Shown here: in pieces, positions 18,589-28,951 of the stretch | Layout: each line of letters starts with the position of its first letter | Position numbering within the stretch: the first letter of the stretch is position 1 | Notes under the pieces: generated by a model | The model's database searches: none | What the model saw: the letters and a program-made list of their open reading frames with translations, nothing else | What the model was told of the DNA's origin: nothing | Program-made: the position numbers and the translations under genes | DNA from: a virus | Lineage: Duplodnaviria; Heunggongvirae; Uroviricota; Caudoviricetes | Virus record (IMG/VR): IMGVR_UViG_3300014205_000001 | Span: 253,413-317,412 of that record | Direction: 5' to 3' (one strand) | Length of the DNA stretch: 64,000 bases

Positions 18589-20870
18589 TAAATTGAACAC
18601 GCACCTGATTCACAATCAGCACCTTGAGTTTCTTTTGTTGCTTCGTTATCACGATTATCATTTGTATTTGCATAATACAGAGTTTTAACTCCCATTGTGT
18701 ATGCATATAAAATGTCTTTAATTACACCAGCAATCGAAATTCCATCTTCAGTTGCATTGTAGTAATGATTAGCTGAGATAGATTGGTCCATCCATTTTTG
18801 CATGATCGCAACAATGTTAGTATCACCTGTATTATTGGGCATATCGAATGCCATTTCGTATTTATTTTTCAGTTTCGTAATTTCAGGAGCAACTTGTTTT
18901 ACAATACCTGATTTCGATTTTTTACTAATAATTAATGCACGTAAAATTTCTTTACCATTCGTTGCATTTTGAACTACTGCTGATGATTCGGCTGGCATTC
19001 CTGCAGATAAACAGCTGTTACGTAATCCCCACTGTTTAATATTAGGACGTAAACCTTCCCAATCACAACTGTATTTACGTTTTACAATTTTATCGACATT
19101 TTTATTGTAACGATCAATCGGTAAAATTCCTTGACTATATGTTGTTTGATCAAAATATCCACAAGGTCCTTTTTCTTTAGCTAATTTATTACTTGCTTTT
19201 AGTAAAGAGAATTGCATGTGTTCGAACCATTCATCAATGGCTTCTAAACCTGAATTGTCGCTGTACTTGAAATTATTTTTTGCCATCCAATAAGCCATAT
19301 TGGTTACACCAACTCCAATGGAACGACGTTGTAACATTTTCTTAGCTGCATTGATAGGATAATCCTGATGATCAATTACAAAGTCTTCTAAACGTACAAT
19401 ATATTCAGCTGCTTCATATAATTCTTCCCACGATTTAATTTGACCCATATTAAAAGCTGCTAATACACACAGTGCAATTTCACCTTCACTTAAGTGTTCA
19501 GTTTCTTTTTTATTATCAATGTCGTAAATAGATTTAATAGGTTTTGTAGGTAAACAAATTTCGACACATAAATTTGACATTCTAATTCTTTCAATGAAAG
19601 CTGAATTTTCATTTACATTGTCGATATTCATTACGTACATACGACCTGTACCAATACGTTCTTGTGCAAAGGTGTTCATTAAATCACGAGCCTTTACTAC
19701 TTTTTTACGAATCTTTTTATCTGCTTCGTATTTAAGATATAGTTCATCGAATTTTTTGTTATCACCAAACGCATCGTATAAACCTGGAACATCATTCGGA
19801 CTGAAGAGACAAATATCACCATTTGCAATGAAACGTTGATAGAACAATTTAGAGAATTGAATACCGTAATCAATATGACGAACACGATTATCATCAGTAC
19901 CTTTATTATTTTTAAGTACTAATACATCTTCAATTTCAAGATGCCACCAAGGGAAATATACTGTTGCAGAACCTTTTCTGATACCACCTTGACTACAACT
20001 GTGTAGTGTGGATTGAAACATTTTTAAGAAAGGAATTACTCCAGTATGTACAACTTCACCATTACGTATTTTAGAACCTAATGCACGAAGACTACCTGCG
20101 TTAATACCAATACCTGCACGTTTTGCAACGTACTGACCAATTGCAGTATTTGCATTGAAGATCGAATCTAAAGAATCTTCCACTTCAATTAATACACATG
20201 AACTATATTGGCGGTTTGGAGTTCTGATACCTGCAACGATTGGTGTAGGTAAACTTATTTTTTGTAAGGAAATTAAATCATATAATTTTTTTACGTGAAT
20301 TAAACGTTCATCTTTATCAACATGGTCCATAAACGTTGTCATTGCAATAAGCATATAAGCAAATTGAGGTGTTTCATACGTTTTACCAGTTGAACGATCT
20401 TTTACTAAATATTTATCGATCAATTGTTGTAGACCTGCATGAGTTAAATCGTAATCACGTTTGTGTTTAATGTAGAGATTAATTACAGAAATTTCTTCAG
20501 CTGTATATTTATCTAAAATTATCGGATCATAAAAACTTAATTGAACGTTACGAACAATTACTTCCCACAGATGTGGCATTTCAGTTTTAATTTCGAAAAC
20601 TTCTTTTCGAAGTAAATAATTTAAAAGGTTAGAAGCAACGTATTGATAGTTGGGATTTTTTTCACTAATTAAATTAACTGAGGATTCAATTAATACTTGA
20701 TGAATTTGTTTTGTTGTAATTCCAGGAAAGAATTGCAAATGAGCATTCATTGCAATATCGGATGCGGATACGTTGTTATATTCTTTGGTAGCCCATAAAA
20801 GGACTTTGTTGATTTTTTCTGCGTCAAAAATTGTTTTTTGACCGTCACGTTTGGTAACGTTTAATTCCAT
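18588..20870 (-). CDS. nrdA: ribonucleotide reductase class Ia large subunit
   Basis: N-terminal ATP-cone (VTKRDGQKTIFDAEKI). Catalytic-core size. C-terminal redox tail CESGACSI. Confidence 0.9.
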   Translation of the reverse strand: MELNVTKRDGQKTIFDAEKINKVLLWATKEYNNVSASDIAMNAHLQFFPGITTKQIHQVLIESSVNLISEKNPNYQYVASNLLNYLLRKEVFEIKTEMPHLWEVIVRNVQLSFYDPIILDKYTAEEISVINLYIKHKRDYDLTHAGLQQLIDKYLVKDRSTGKTYETPQFAYMLIAMTTFMDHVDKDERLIHVKKLYDLISLQKISLPTPIVAGIRTPNRQYSSCVLIEVEDSLDSIFNANTAIGQYVAKRAGIGINAGSLRALGSKIRNGEVVHTGVIPFLKMFQSTLHSCSQGGIRKGSATVYFPWWHLEIEDVLVLKNNKGTDDNRVRHIDYGIQFSKLFYQRFIANGDICLFSPNDVPGLYDAFGDNKKFDELYLKYEADKKIRKKVVKARDLMNTFAQERIGTGRMYVMNIDNVNENSAFIERIRMSNLCVEICLPTKPIKSIYDIDNKKETEHLSEGEIALCVLAAFNMGQIKSWEELYEAAEYIVRLEDFVIDHQDYPINAAKKMLQRRSIGVGVTNMAYWMAKNNFKYSDNSGLEAIDEWFEHMQFSLLKASNKLAKEKGPCGYFDQTTYSQGILPIDRYNKNVDKIVKRKYSCDWEGLRPNIKQWGLRNSCLSAGMPAESSAVVQNATNGKEILRALIISKKSKSGIVKQVAPEITKLKNKYEMAFDMPNNTGDTNIVAIMQKWMDQSISANHYYNATEDGISIAGVIKDILYAYTMGVKTLYYANTNDNRDNEATKETQGADCESGACSI

Positions 20871-20945
20871 AATTGTAGAGATAATTTTTATTTGTATGTT
20901 ATATATTGTGTCTACAGTAAATAGTTTTAAAAAATATTTACTTAC

Positions 20946-21137
20946 TTACAGTGTATTATGTGTCCCATTTTCTACGTTTTTGTTTTTGTCTGTATTTTGC
21001 GGAAGGGGTTTTAAGGTCCCGTTTGCTAACGCATCTTCGTAAACTTTCACTTGTCGATGCACTTCGGGCATTACTTCTTCTTCCCATCGTCTTTTAATTT
21101 CATCCCAATTGGGCCAAATGTCTTTAATTGTTTTCAT
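20946..21137 (-). CDS. hypothetical small protein
   Basis: 63-aa charged ORF continuing the minus block. The overlapping + ORF 20851-21042 looks spurious. Confidence 0.4.
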   Translation of the reverse strand: MKTIKDIWPNWDEIKRRWEEEVMPEVHRQVKVYEDALANGTLKPLPQNTDKNKNVENGTHNTL

Positions 21138-21307
21138 ACACTATATATTTATATACTGAAACTATCACTTTGTTTAATATTAAGTTGCAAGTTTTTGGGA
21201 CAGATATGATATAATTAAAAATAAATATAAAATTTATAAATTACGAACAGAAAACTTATAAATTAAGGGTCAGTAAAACTTTTAAAAAATATGTCTATAT
21301 AAGTAGT

Positions 21308-22663
21308 ATGAATAAAGAAGAAATATTTAGTCAGTTCGTATTAGACAGAGATAAAGAACAACTGTCACCAGCTGAAATAAAAATGTTAGACGCCTTATCT
21401 CTCGAAGAAGTTAAGGAATGTTTAGATCAATCCAGTAAACAGAAATATTACAATCAATCCTTAGACTTAGGTCGTAAATTAGCCCTCGTTTGCGTATATG
21501 GTGCGTTTGGTAATAATCACTTTGTAATTTCAACAAAAGAAATTGCGGGTGCAATTACAGCGATGGGTCGTGATACTATTAAATATATGGACACGATCAA
21601 TGAAACATATTGGTACGAATACTGGCATGAAGATACTGAGTTACACGAACACTTAGGTATTAAAACAGAAGACGTGAAAAAATTAGACGCTGCATGGATT
21701 CATCGTGAAACATTATCAGAATATGATGGTGAACCCACACAAGATGAAATTGATGAAGGTACTTATCAACGTAAATTTCCAGTTTCTATTTATATAGATA
21801 CTGACTCATTATTTGTGAGTTTTGATTATGGAATGAAATCCTGTAATTATCAAGGTAAGAAAGAAGATTTTGTATTGAAATGCGCAAAGTTTCGTTTGGA
21901 ACCTTTATTCAAACGTAAATTAGATACGTACGCTAAAAAATATGGTGTACCAAATATTCAAGATTTTGAATTAGAAAATATTAACGAATCCATTTTATTC
22001 GTATCCAAGAAAAAATATATTAAGCATACAGTATGGGAGGACGGTACAGTATTCCCACGTCTACAACAAGTAGTTTCCAAGGGTGTAAATTTAGTTCAAC
22101 GTGGTACTCCTAAATTTGCTAAACAAAAAATCATGGAGATTATCCATTACTTGTTTGATAACAGCGAAACATATAATATCAAGGACTTATTAAAATTCAT
22201 TCGTGATTTAAAGAAAGAATTTGAAATGCAAAATGTGGATGATATATGTCCAAGTTCAAATTTAAATATGTACTTGAGTCAAGGTAAAGTATTAGTGGAT
22301 GGTGTACTTGTGGACAGCCCAGGTATCTTAAACGATAAAACAGATTTAGTATTTGCGAAGGGTACATATTTTACAGTGAAGGCAGCAGGGTTGTATAATT
22401 TTATGTTACATAATAATCCAGAATGGATGAATGATTACGAAATTGTAAAACCTGGAACGAAAATTAAAGTATATCCCACAACACACGAAAAGAATAATAA
22501 ATTTGCGTATCCGATTGGACAATATCCTAAGGAATTTGCACCACCGATTGATTACGATGAATTGTTTGAAAAAACAATTTTGGATGGTGTGAATTATTAT
22601 ATTGAGGCATTGAATTTGCCTAAATTAAATAAACGTTTAAAAGTAGTAATGTCTTTATTTTAA
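21308..22663 (+). CDS. family-B DNA polymerase, C-terminal portion only (motif B, motif C, thumb)
   Basis: KLALVCVYGAFGN ~ T4/RB69 KxxxNSxYG motif B. YIDTDSLFV ~ YGDTDS motif C. KKKYIKH ~ KKRY. No exonuclease or motif A (DxxSLYPS) in or upstream of the ORF. Confidence 0.7.
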   Translation: MNKEEIFSQFVLDRDKEQLSPAEIKMLDALSLEEVKECLDQSSKQKYYNQSLDLGRKLALVCVYGAFGNNHFVISTKEIAGAITAMGRDTIKYMDTINETYWYEYWHEDTELHEHLGIKTEDVKKLDAAWIHRETLSEYDGEPTQDEIDEGTYQRKFPVSIYIDTDSLFVSFDYGMKSCNYQGKKEDFVLKCAKFRLEPLFKRKLDTYAKKYGVPNIQDFELENINESILFVSKKKYIKHTVWEDGTVFPRLQQVVSKGVNLVQRGTPKFAKQKIMEIIHYLFDNSETYNIKDLLKFIRDLKKEFEMQNVDDICPSSNLNMYLSQGKVLVDGVLVDSPGILNDKTDLVFAKGTYFTVKAAGLYNFMLHNNPEWMNDYEIVKPGTKIKVYPTTHEKNNKFAYPIGQYPKEFAPPIDYDELFEKTILDGVNYYIEALNLPKLNKRLKVVMSLF

Positions 22664-22666
22664 ATT

Positions 22667-22807
22667 ATGAAAATATCTTTCTTCACACTAATGGCAGTAC
22701 TGTCACAATTTGCTTTAGCACTTTTTGCTTTTATCGAACATGATTATATGGAAGCACTTGCGTGGTTTTCTTGTTTGCTGTATAATTTAACATCTGATGC
22801 TGATTGA
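22667..22807 (+). CDS. possible small membrane peptide (46 aa)
   Basis: Unannotated ATG ORF in 190-nt intergenic gap, single hydrophobic helix. Weak. Confidence 0.25.
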   Translation: MKISFFTLMAVLSQFALALFAFIEHDYMEALAWFSCLLYNLTSDAD

Positions 22808-22854
22808 TAAGGAAACGTTTAATCCATATATAACATAAATTAAACTGACCTTTT

Positions 22855-23985
22855 ATGAGTTTAAACTTTCAATTTCAAGCAACTCTCGACGAATATCTTT
22901 TAGCTCAAATTTATGAAAATGTACCTAAATTTTCAACAACTTATGTATCAATTGAAGTAAAACATCAACAATTTAATGAATTGTTCGAAAAGTACTTTGG
23001 TGAATTTGAAATTTTTGAAGCAACAAGTAGTTTCCATTCCAAAGTTACAAACAATTTAGAACCTTATATTGACAGATTATTAATTAGTAAATCGACGGCC
23101 GAAAATCCGTCGATTGCAGTTAAGTACAGTGTCACAAATATTAATGACGAATCAGATACTACAAAAGATTTTGATTACGAACAGTATGGTATTTATTCTG
23201 CAACAAATTTTAGTTTTTATTATCCGTATTCGAAACAAAGTTACGTTAATAAATTTATCAACGAACTGAAAACATTAATTCAAGACGAACGTATTACAAA
23301 TCGTTTCTTTACAATTGGTGTAGGTAATGGTGGATTTAAACTAGTAGCAGAAAAAGTTATGTCAATGCAGGATTTAGATATTAAAATGCATTATGGCAAA
23401 AAATTCGTCCCTGTATTAAATGAAATGATTGATAATTTAAAAACTAAATTTCACGGTTTATTTTTATTATATGGCGAACCTGGTACAGGTAAAACAACAT
23501 TGATTCGTTATTTGATTAATATCATGTGTAACGATAAAACTATTTTATACGTTCCGGCGTACATGGTAGAACAATTAGCCAATCCTGAATTTATTTCATT
23601 TTTACAATCACAAAAAGAAAGTATAATTATTTTAGAAGATGCAGAATTTGCACTTCAAGCACGAAGTGATGAATTTGGTCAACAAGCAGTTTCAAATTTA
23701 TTGAATATAACAAACGGTTTATTAAATGATGCAACGAAGATGCAAGTAATTGCGACTTTTAATATGGATAAGAAAAATATTGATAAAGCATTATTACGTC
23801 CAGGTAGATTATTAGGTGATTGTAAATTTGATAAATTGAACGTTGAAGATTCAAAAGCGTTAGCAGATTTTTTGAAAAAAGATATGGAAATTACAGTACC
23901 GATGACCGTTGCTGAAATTTATAATGGTAAAACACTTAACCGTAAAGGTACGAAGAAACGTATAGGAATTAAAGATGATGAATAA
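22855..23985 (+). CDS. classical AAA+ ATPase
   Basis: Walker A GEPGTGKTT, Walker B IIILEDAE, sensor ATFN, SRH-type ALLRPGR arginine finger. Confidence 0.7.
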   Translation: MSLNFQFQATLDEYLLAQIYENVPKFSTTYVSIEVKHQQFNELFEKYFGEFEIFEATSSFHSKVTNNLEPYIDRLLISKSTAENPSIAVKYSVTNINDESDTTKDFDYEQYGIYSATNFSFYYPYSKQSYVNKFINELKTLIQDERITNRFFTIGVGNGGFKLVAEKVMSMQDLDIKMHYGKKFVPVLNEMIDNLKTKFHGLFLLYGEPGTGKTTLIRYLINIMCNDKTILYVPAYMVEQLANPEFISFLQSQKESIIILEDAEFALQARSDEFGQQAVSNLLNITNGLLNDATKMQVIATFNMDKKNIDKALLRPGRLLGDCKFDKLNVEDSKALADFLKKDMEITVPMTVAEIYNGKTLNRKGTKKRIGIKDDE

Positions 23986-24259
23986 AGACCAAGTCTTACA
24001 TATAAATAATTTTAAAGATTATACTCATAATCAAATAACAGAAATGTTGAAAATCTTACAGATGGAAGTCAAAACATTGCGACATAGTCGTGATTATGAA
24101 ATTGAATCATTAAAGGATTTAATTCAAAAATTAGAATCGAAAACAACTCATCAGACAGAAGAAATTGAAAAATTACGCAAAAACAGTTTAACTTATTTAC
24201 AATTGCTGGAAAAACCACTAACTCTTAAAGAACGGGTGTTGGGTAAAAAAATTATCTAA
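23975..24259 (+). CDS. hypothetical coiled-coil protein
   Basis: 94-aa ORF. Confidence 0.4.
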   Translation: MMNKDQVLHINNFKDYTHNQITEMLKILQMEVKTLRHSRDYEIESLKDLIQKLESKTTHQTEEIEKLRKNSLTYLQLLEKPLTLKERVLGKKII

Positions 24260-24277
24260 ACTAATATATAAAAGGTC

Positions 24278-24838
24278 ATGATAACATCAATTGATCAGTT
24301 TAGAATCTTCGAAAATCAAAATCAAAAATTTTACATTTATGTAGGTCACGGTTCGGGCGAAGGTGTCGTTGAATTTTGGCCCGGTCATGAATTTTGGAAC
24401 CATGATGCAAATAAATCATGTCCCATGTCATTTGACATTCTAAATCCATTACACAAATATTCAATGGGAAAGGACAGATTTCCTATGACAATGAATATTG
24501 AACAAATTAGAGATGTATTATCTCGTGATTTTCAGTATTGTGAAGTCATTACAGCTGATGAAATTCCTAAATATTGTAAAAGATATGAACCTCAACCTAA
24601 AGAAATAAATTGGGTTAATATCCGAGCATGTTATCCAGCCATAAAACAATTTATAAAATTAGATGAACGTGATTGGCGAACTTTTGTGAAGGATTTTGAA
24701 CAACAGATCATCCAAAAACGAATTCAAAATGTAGATATGAAAGTATTATGTGAGACTTTCTTTTATAGTTTACAGACATTTAAAATGTTCTATTACCGTG
24801 ATTTGTGTGAAGTTATAGACAATCAATTTAAGCCTTAG
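24278..24838 (+). CDS. hypothetical protein
   Basis: 186-aa ORF. Confidence 0.45.
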   Translation: MITSIDQFRIFENQNQKFYIYVGHGSGEGVVEFWPGHEFWNHDANKSCPMSFDILNPLHKYSMGKDRFPMTMNIEQIRDVLSRDFQYCEVITADEIPKYCKRYEPQPKEINWVNIRACYPAIKQFIKLDERDWRTFVKDFEQQIIQKRIQNVDMKVLCETFFYSLQTFKMFYYRDLCEVIDNQFKP

Positions 24839-24883
24839 AAGACCTTAGTAAATAATATATACTGTATAATATACTGATTTACT

Positions 24884-27800
24884 ATGACAAATACCTCAAA
24901 AAAATACAATTCTATTAATGACGTAGCCGCACAATCGATGCGTAATGGTCAAAACGTTCTGGAATTACTAACAAAAATTGATCAAGCTTTAAACAGCAAT
25001 GACAGTTATGTTACTGCCAAGAATGTTGACGGTGCAGGTCAAGAAACTACTGTACAGATACCTACAATGGGATATGTAAAACAAAAATTGGACCAATTAT
25101 TTAAAATGGTTCGAATTTTAAGTGGTGTTGATGGTAACCCAGTTGCTTTACAATTAAGCGACAATGCATTCAAACGAATCGTTGTAGCTGATCTAAATTT
25201 AGAACCTAAAGCTATCCCTGCACTTGCTCCTGTTACAGTTTTTAAAGCTGACCCAAATCACTTTTTTGATTCCCTATTAAATCCTAAAATTAGTATTCAA
25301 TTAGACTTAACAGATAAAATTTCTACTGATACAAGATATATTGAAAGTAAACGTTTCATTGTTGAATTTGATCAAATCTTAACTGTTGATCCGAATACTG
25401 GTTCCGAATCCATTGCATTAACAACTGATGGTGCTTTACGTAAAGCAGAATTTGAAACTAAATATAAAGGTAAAGCAAATATCGACATGGTTGAATTTGC
25501 TACTTGGTTAGATACTCAAGGTTTAGTAAATCGTGTCGATGATACTTTATTAGATCAGGATTATTTTAGAATTGAACCTAATCGTTTACAAAAGAAAGGT
25601 AACTTTACAATTTTAAATACTGACACGGATGTTGAAAATAAAAAACTTTGGTATGTTTTAGATACATTAACTTATTACGATATTAGTGATTTATTAAATC
25701 CACCTAAAGCAGTTCAATTAAAAGTTGGTGATTTTATAAACGTAAATCCTAATGATACAAATGTAAAATCAACTACTGTTTATAAAGTAATTGAAATTTC
25801 GACAATCACTTCAGAGTTCCGTGTAAGATTCGAAGCTGTATATGGTGAAGAACCTATTCCAGTTCGTTTAGCAGCAATATCAATTTATTCAGATACAGTT
25901 AAAAACCGTACTTGTAAAATTAGTGTAGGATTCGATGAATATTGCGTTGTCTTTATTCGCCAAATTGATACTAACAATAATTTAGTTGGTTTAGATTGGA
26001 GTCCCGGTGTTGGTTTTTGGACTAACGAATTACGTTTAGATAATAGTAACGGTGCTGTATTTAGCGATTACTATACAAAAACTGTATATGATTATGGTAT
26101 TGTATTAGATGATTTAGTAGGTAAAAAAGTTCCGAATTATTATGGAGTTAAACCTAATGCTCCAGTATTAGATGCTAACAATTTTAAAGTAGTACAAATT
26201 AACGGTCACTTAACACAAACAGTAGAAGCTGAAAAAATTCGTGACTTACATAATCAAAAAAATACATTAGCAGCTGAAATTAGTCAAATTCAAACTGCAT
26301 TAGATAAACAAAATAAAATTATTCAAACAACAAGTTTTGCATCGACTGCTGATCGTAAACGTGCCGAAGATGAATTGACTTTATTAAATACAAAATTAAG
26401 TGGTAAATCTCAAAATAAATTTTCAGTAGTACAAGATATTTTATCAAGTAAAAAGAATTTAAATAAAATCGCAGCTGAATATCACGCACGTGGTTTTTTC
26501 CCGATGCCTGTTGCTGCTGAATCTACAAAAACTGTTCCACAGGAAGTAGTTCAATTTGAAATTTGGTATCGTAAACTTTCGAAATCAGGAACTGAAAATG
26601 AAATCTTAACAATTTCCGATATTGATAATAATTCAGCACGGTTAGCAAGTTCTGTTAATACAACTTCTCAAGATAATGTATCACGTCCTAAAACTGTGAA
26701 TGGTGCATTTAGTAATTGGACTAAATTTAAATCAGATGCGCGTAAACGTATTCAAGACCCAATATCAGGCGACTGGAGATGGGAAATTGAAGATGTAAGT
26801 GATGCAAATACACCTAATATTAATCAAATTGATATTGCAATTGAACCCGGTGAAGTTATTGAATTAAAAGTAAAATCATTATCTGAAGCAGGATGGCCTG
26901 AAACACCAACTGAATCGGATTTTTCTAATTCCATTCAAATTATATTTCCCGATGATTTAAATAGTGTATTAAATGAAGACGATTTCATCTTAAAAGAAGC
27001 GCAAGCTGATGATATGACAATTAAATTCGAACGTTCATTAGACGATCGTAATTTATCTTTACATTTAAATACTGGTTATCGTGTAGGCGACGTATATTAT
27101 GCTCATCGTACTCCACATATTGATTCAGGTTTTAAAGACGCTCAAGGTAACGTAATTAATTTATATGATCAGTTACTTGCAATGGTTGTAAAAATTACTT
27201 CTATTGAAGAATTAGTGAATCGTGCAAAAGGTGTATTGGAAGTATATTTAGATGAAAATGGAAATCGTATTCGTCTATTTAATGGTAGTAACTTAAATTT
27301 CAATTTAAATTTAGAAGATTATATGTCACCTACACAAATTGGTGTATCAGGTGCAGCTGTAGATTCTACATCTCGTACTTATAAAAATGATTTAATTGTT
27401 ATTCAACGTTATACATTAATTTTAAAGAACTCTGCAGAATCTGCACAATTAGGTTTATTATCTTATCGTGGTTATGGTGATGCTGCAGGTATGACTCCAT
27501 TCACAATGGCTTATGATGGTAAATATCGTTCAGCAACCAATCGTGGTATTCAAGCAATTTGGACAACTTCAGATTCTTCATTATTAACAACATCAGCAAC
27601 TGTTGACGAAAATAACGCTGGTGCATTAACAGTATTACAATCTCCTAAATATCGTGCAACACAAAAGAACAATCAATGGATTTGGTTAGTTACAAAAGAT
27701 TTAAATGGTAATTATATTTACGATTCTGATCAGGCACAAAACTCAGCAGCCAATACAGCCAATCAATCAACAAATAATGACTTATGGCAATTCACTACAG

Positions 27801-28822
27801 CAGCATTATTAAATAATGGTTCTAAAGTTCATAATACAATTACAAAACGTGATTATAATTTAGGATTTTTAACAGGAACAACTCAAGGAGCTCCTGTATT
27901 AGCAGATGGTATTGATAGCATTAGTGATTCATTAAATTGGAATGTAAGTGAAGCATATAATGCTGCATTAAATTTAGGAAGTAATGGTTACATGGCTTCA
28001 ACAATTCATCCAGTAGTTTCTGGATTTAGTTCAATTGTTGATACATCAACACAATTAGTAAAATTCTTAAAAGCAGGTGAAACAAATTTAATTTCAATTC
28101 CTATTTATATTTATGTAAAACCTTATACAGGTGCATTAGTAACTTCACAAGTTACAGGTGGTGCAGTATTTGATGATAGTAATTATCGTGGTATAAGTAC
28201 AGGTGATATGCCAGTTGTCGCAACAGCAAGTAATATTAAAAGAGTAGGTACTGTTTTACAAGTATTAATGGTTGACTCTTCTTCAAAAAATATATTTGTT
28301 GCAGGTGACCGTGTAGTATTTGATGGATTCACAGATAGTAATTTAACATCATCAACAAATAATATTAATGGTAAAGTTCTTACTGTTACATTAGTTACAG
28401 GTAACTTTATTCAAGTTAATTTTAATCCTGGTTCTTTATCAACAACAGCAGTAACAGACGCTGCAGGTGTTGTTGTTCAAGTTCATAAAAAATATAAACG
28501 TACTGCAGTACCTTCAGGTATTGGTTTACCTGTGTCTTTATCTAGTGAATATACTGGAATTGGTGCAGAATTAGAAGCATATAATGTTTTAGGTCGTGTT
28601 GGTTCCGATAATCGTGTAGTACCAAGTTATGTTGAAATTAAAACAACAACGTCAACTCCTTCACCTGCAAAACATAATAAGAAAATACGTTTCTATTTTG
28701 AAGAAGAAAATTCTGCACGACCTTTTGAAATGCAGTTACAATTTAATATAACACAGTACAAACCCGTTCAGATTCAATCTGGAGGAGGTGGTGGTGGATT
28801 TGGTGGTTTCAGTGGTTCATAA
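24884..28822 (+). CDS. large (1312 aa) putative virion structural protein
   Basis: Long ORF, Ser/Thr/Asn/Val-rich beta-type composition with one central coiled coil, Gly-rich tail QSGGGGGGFGGFSGS. Function unknown. Confidence 0.5.
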   Translation: MTNTSKKYNSINDVAAQSMRNGQNVLELLTKIDQALNSNDSYVTAKNVDGAGQETTVQIPTMGYVKQKLDQLFKMVRILSGVDGNPVALQLSDNAFKRIVVADLNLEPKAIPALAPVTVFKADPNHFFDSLLNPKISIQLDLTDKISTDTRYIESKRFIVEFDQILTVDPNTGSESIALTTDGALRKAEFETKYKGKANIDMVEFATWLDTQGLVNRVDDTLLDQDYFRIEPNRLQKKGNFTILNTDTDVENKKLWYVLDTLTYYDISDLLNPPKAVQLKVGDFINVNPNDTNVKSTTVYKVIEISTITSEFRVRFEAVYGEEPIPVRLAAISIYSDTVKNRTCKISVGFDEYCVVFIRQIDTNNNLVGLDWSPGVGFWTNELRLDNSNGAVFSDYYTKTVYDYGIVLDDLVGKKVPNYYGVKPNAPVLDANNFKVVQINGHLTQTVEAEKIRDLHNQKNTLAAEISQIQTALDKQNKIIQTTSFASTADRKRAEDELTLLNTKLSGKSQNKFSVVQDILSSKKNLNKIAAEYHARGFFPMPVAAESTKTVPQEVVQFEIWYRKLSKSGTENEILTISDIDNNSARLASSVNTTSQDNVSRPKTVNGAFSNWTKFKSDARKRIQDPISGDWRWEIEDVSDANTPNINQIDIAIEPGEVIELKVKSLSEAGWPETPTESDFSNSIQIIFPDDLNSVLNEDDFILKEAQADDMTIKFERSLDDRNLSLHLNTGYRVGDVYYAHRTPHIDSGFKDAQGNVINLYDQLLAMVVKITSIEELVNRAKGVLEVYLDENGNRIRLFNGSNLNFNLNLEDYMSPTQIGVSGAAVDSTSRTYKNDLIVIQRYTLILKNSAESAQLGLLSYRGYGDAAGMTPFTMAYDGKYRSATNRGIQAIWTTSDSSLLTTSATVDENNAGALTVLQSPKYRATQKNNQWIWLVTKDLNGNYIYDSDQAQNSAANTANQSTNNDLWQFTTAALLNNGSKVHNTITKRDYNLGFLTGTTQGAPVLADGIDSISDSLNWNVSEAYNAALNLGSNGYMASTIHPVVSGFSSIVDTSTQLVKFLKAGETNLISIPIYIYVKPYTGALVTSQVTGGAVFDDSNYRGISTGDMPVVATASNIKRVGTVLQVLMVDSSSKNIFVAGDRVVFDGFTDSNLTSSTNNINGKVLTVTLVTGNFIQVNFNPGSLSTTAVTDAAGVVVQVHKKYKRTAVPSGIGLPVSLSSEYTGIGAELEAYNVLGRVGSDNRVVPSYVEIKTTTSTPSPAKHNKKIRFYFEEENSARPFEMQLQFNITQYKPVQIQSGGGGGGFGGFSGS

Positions 28823-28951
28823 TCTTATAGTAATTCATAGTAAATTTAACTTATTGATTATCAACTAGTTAGCTTTACTATGAAAATTAAATTTTTAAGA
28901 TTCAAAAATTATGATTAATTATGTAGTATAAATTTAAAACTATATAAAATC

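Noticed and set aside
18413-20000. Plus-strand ORFs 18413-18688 and 19594-19839, and minus 19697-19894, within nrdB/nrdA
   Set aside because: Overlap confidently assigned RNR genes in other frames or strands. Translations are low complexity.
20851-21042. Plus-strand 63-aa ORF overlapping the minus ORF 20946-21137
   Set aside because: Hydrophobic low-complexity product. The minus ORF continues the minus-strand block and has protein-like composition.
1270-28844. Recurring 8-mer TAGTAAAT (1274, 4520, 24848, 28837)
   Set aside because: About 10 occurrences are expected by composition in 64 kb on both strands. Only the local inverted-repeat contexts are reported.
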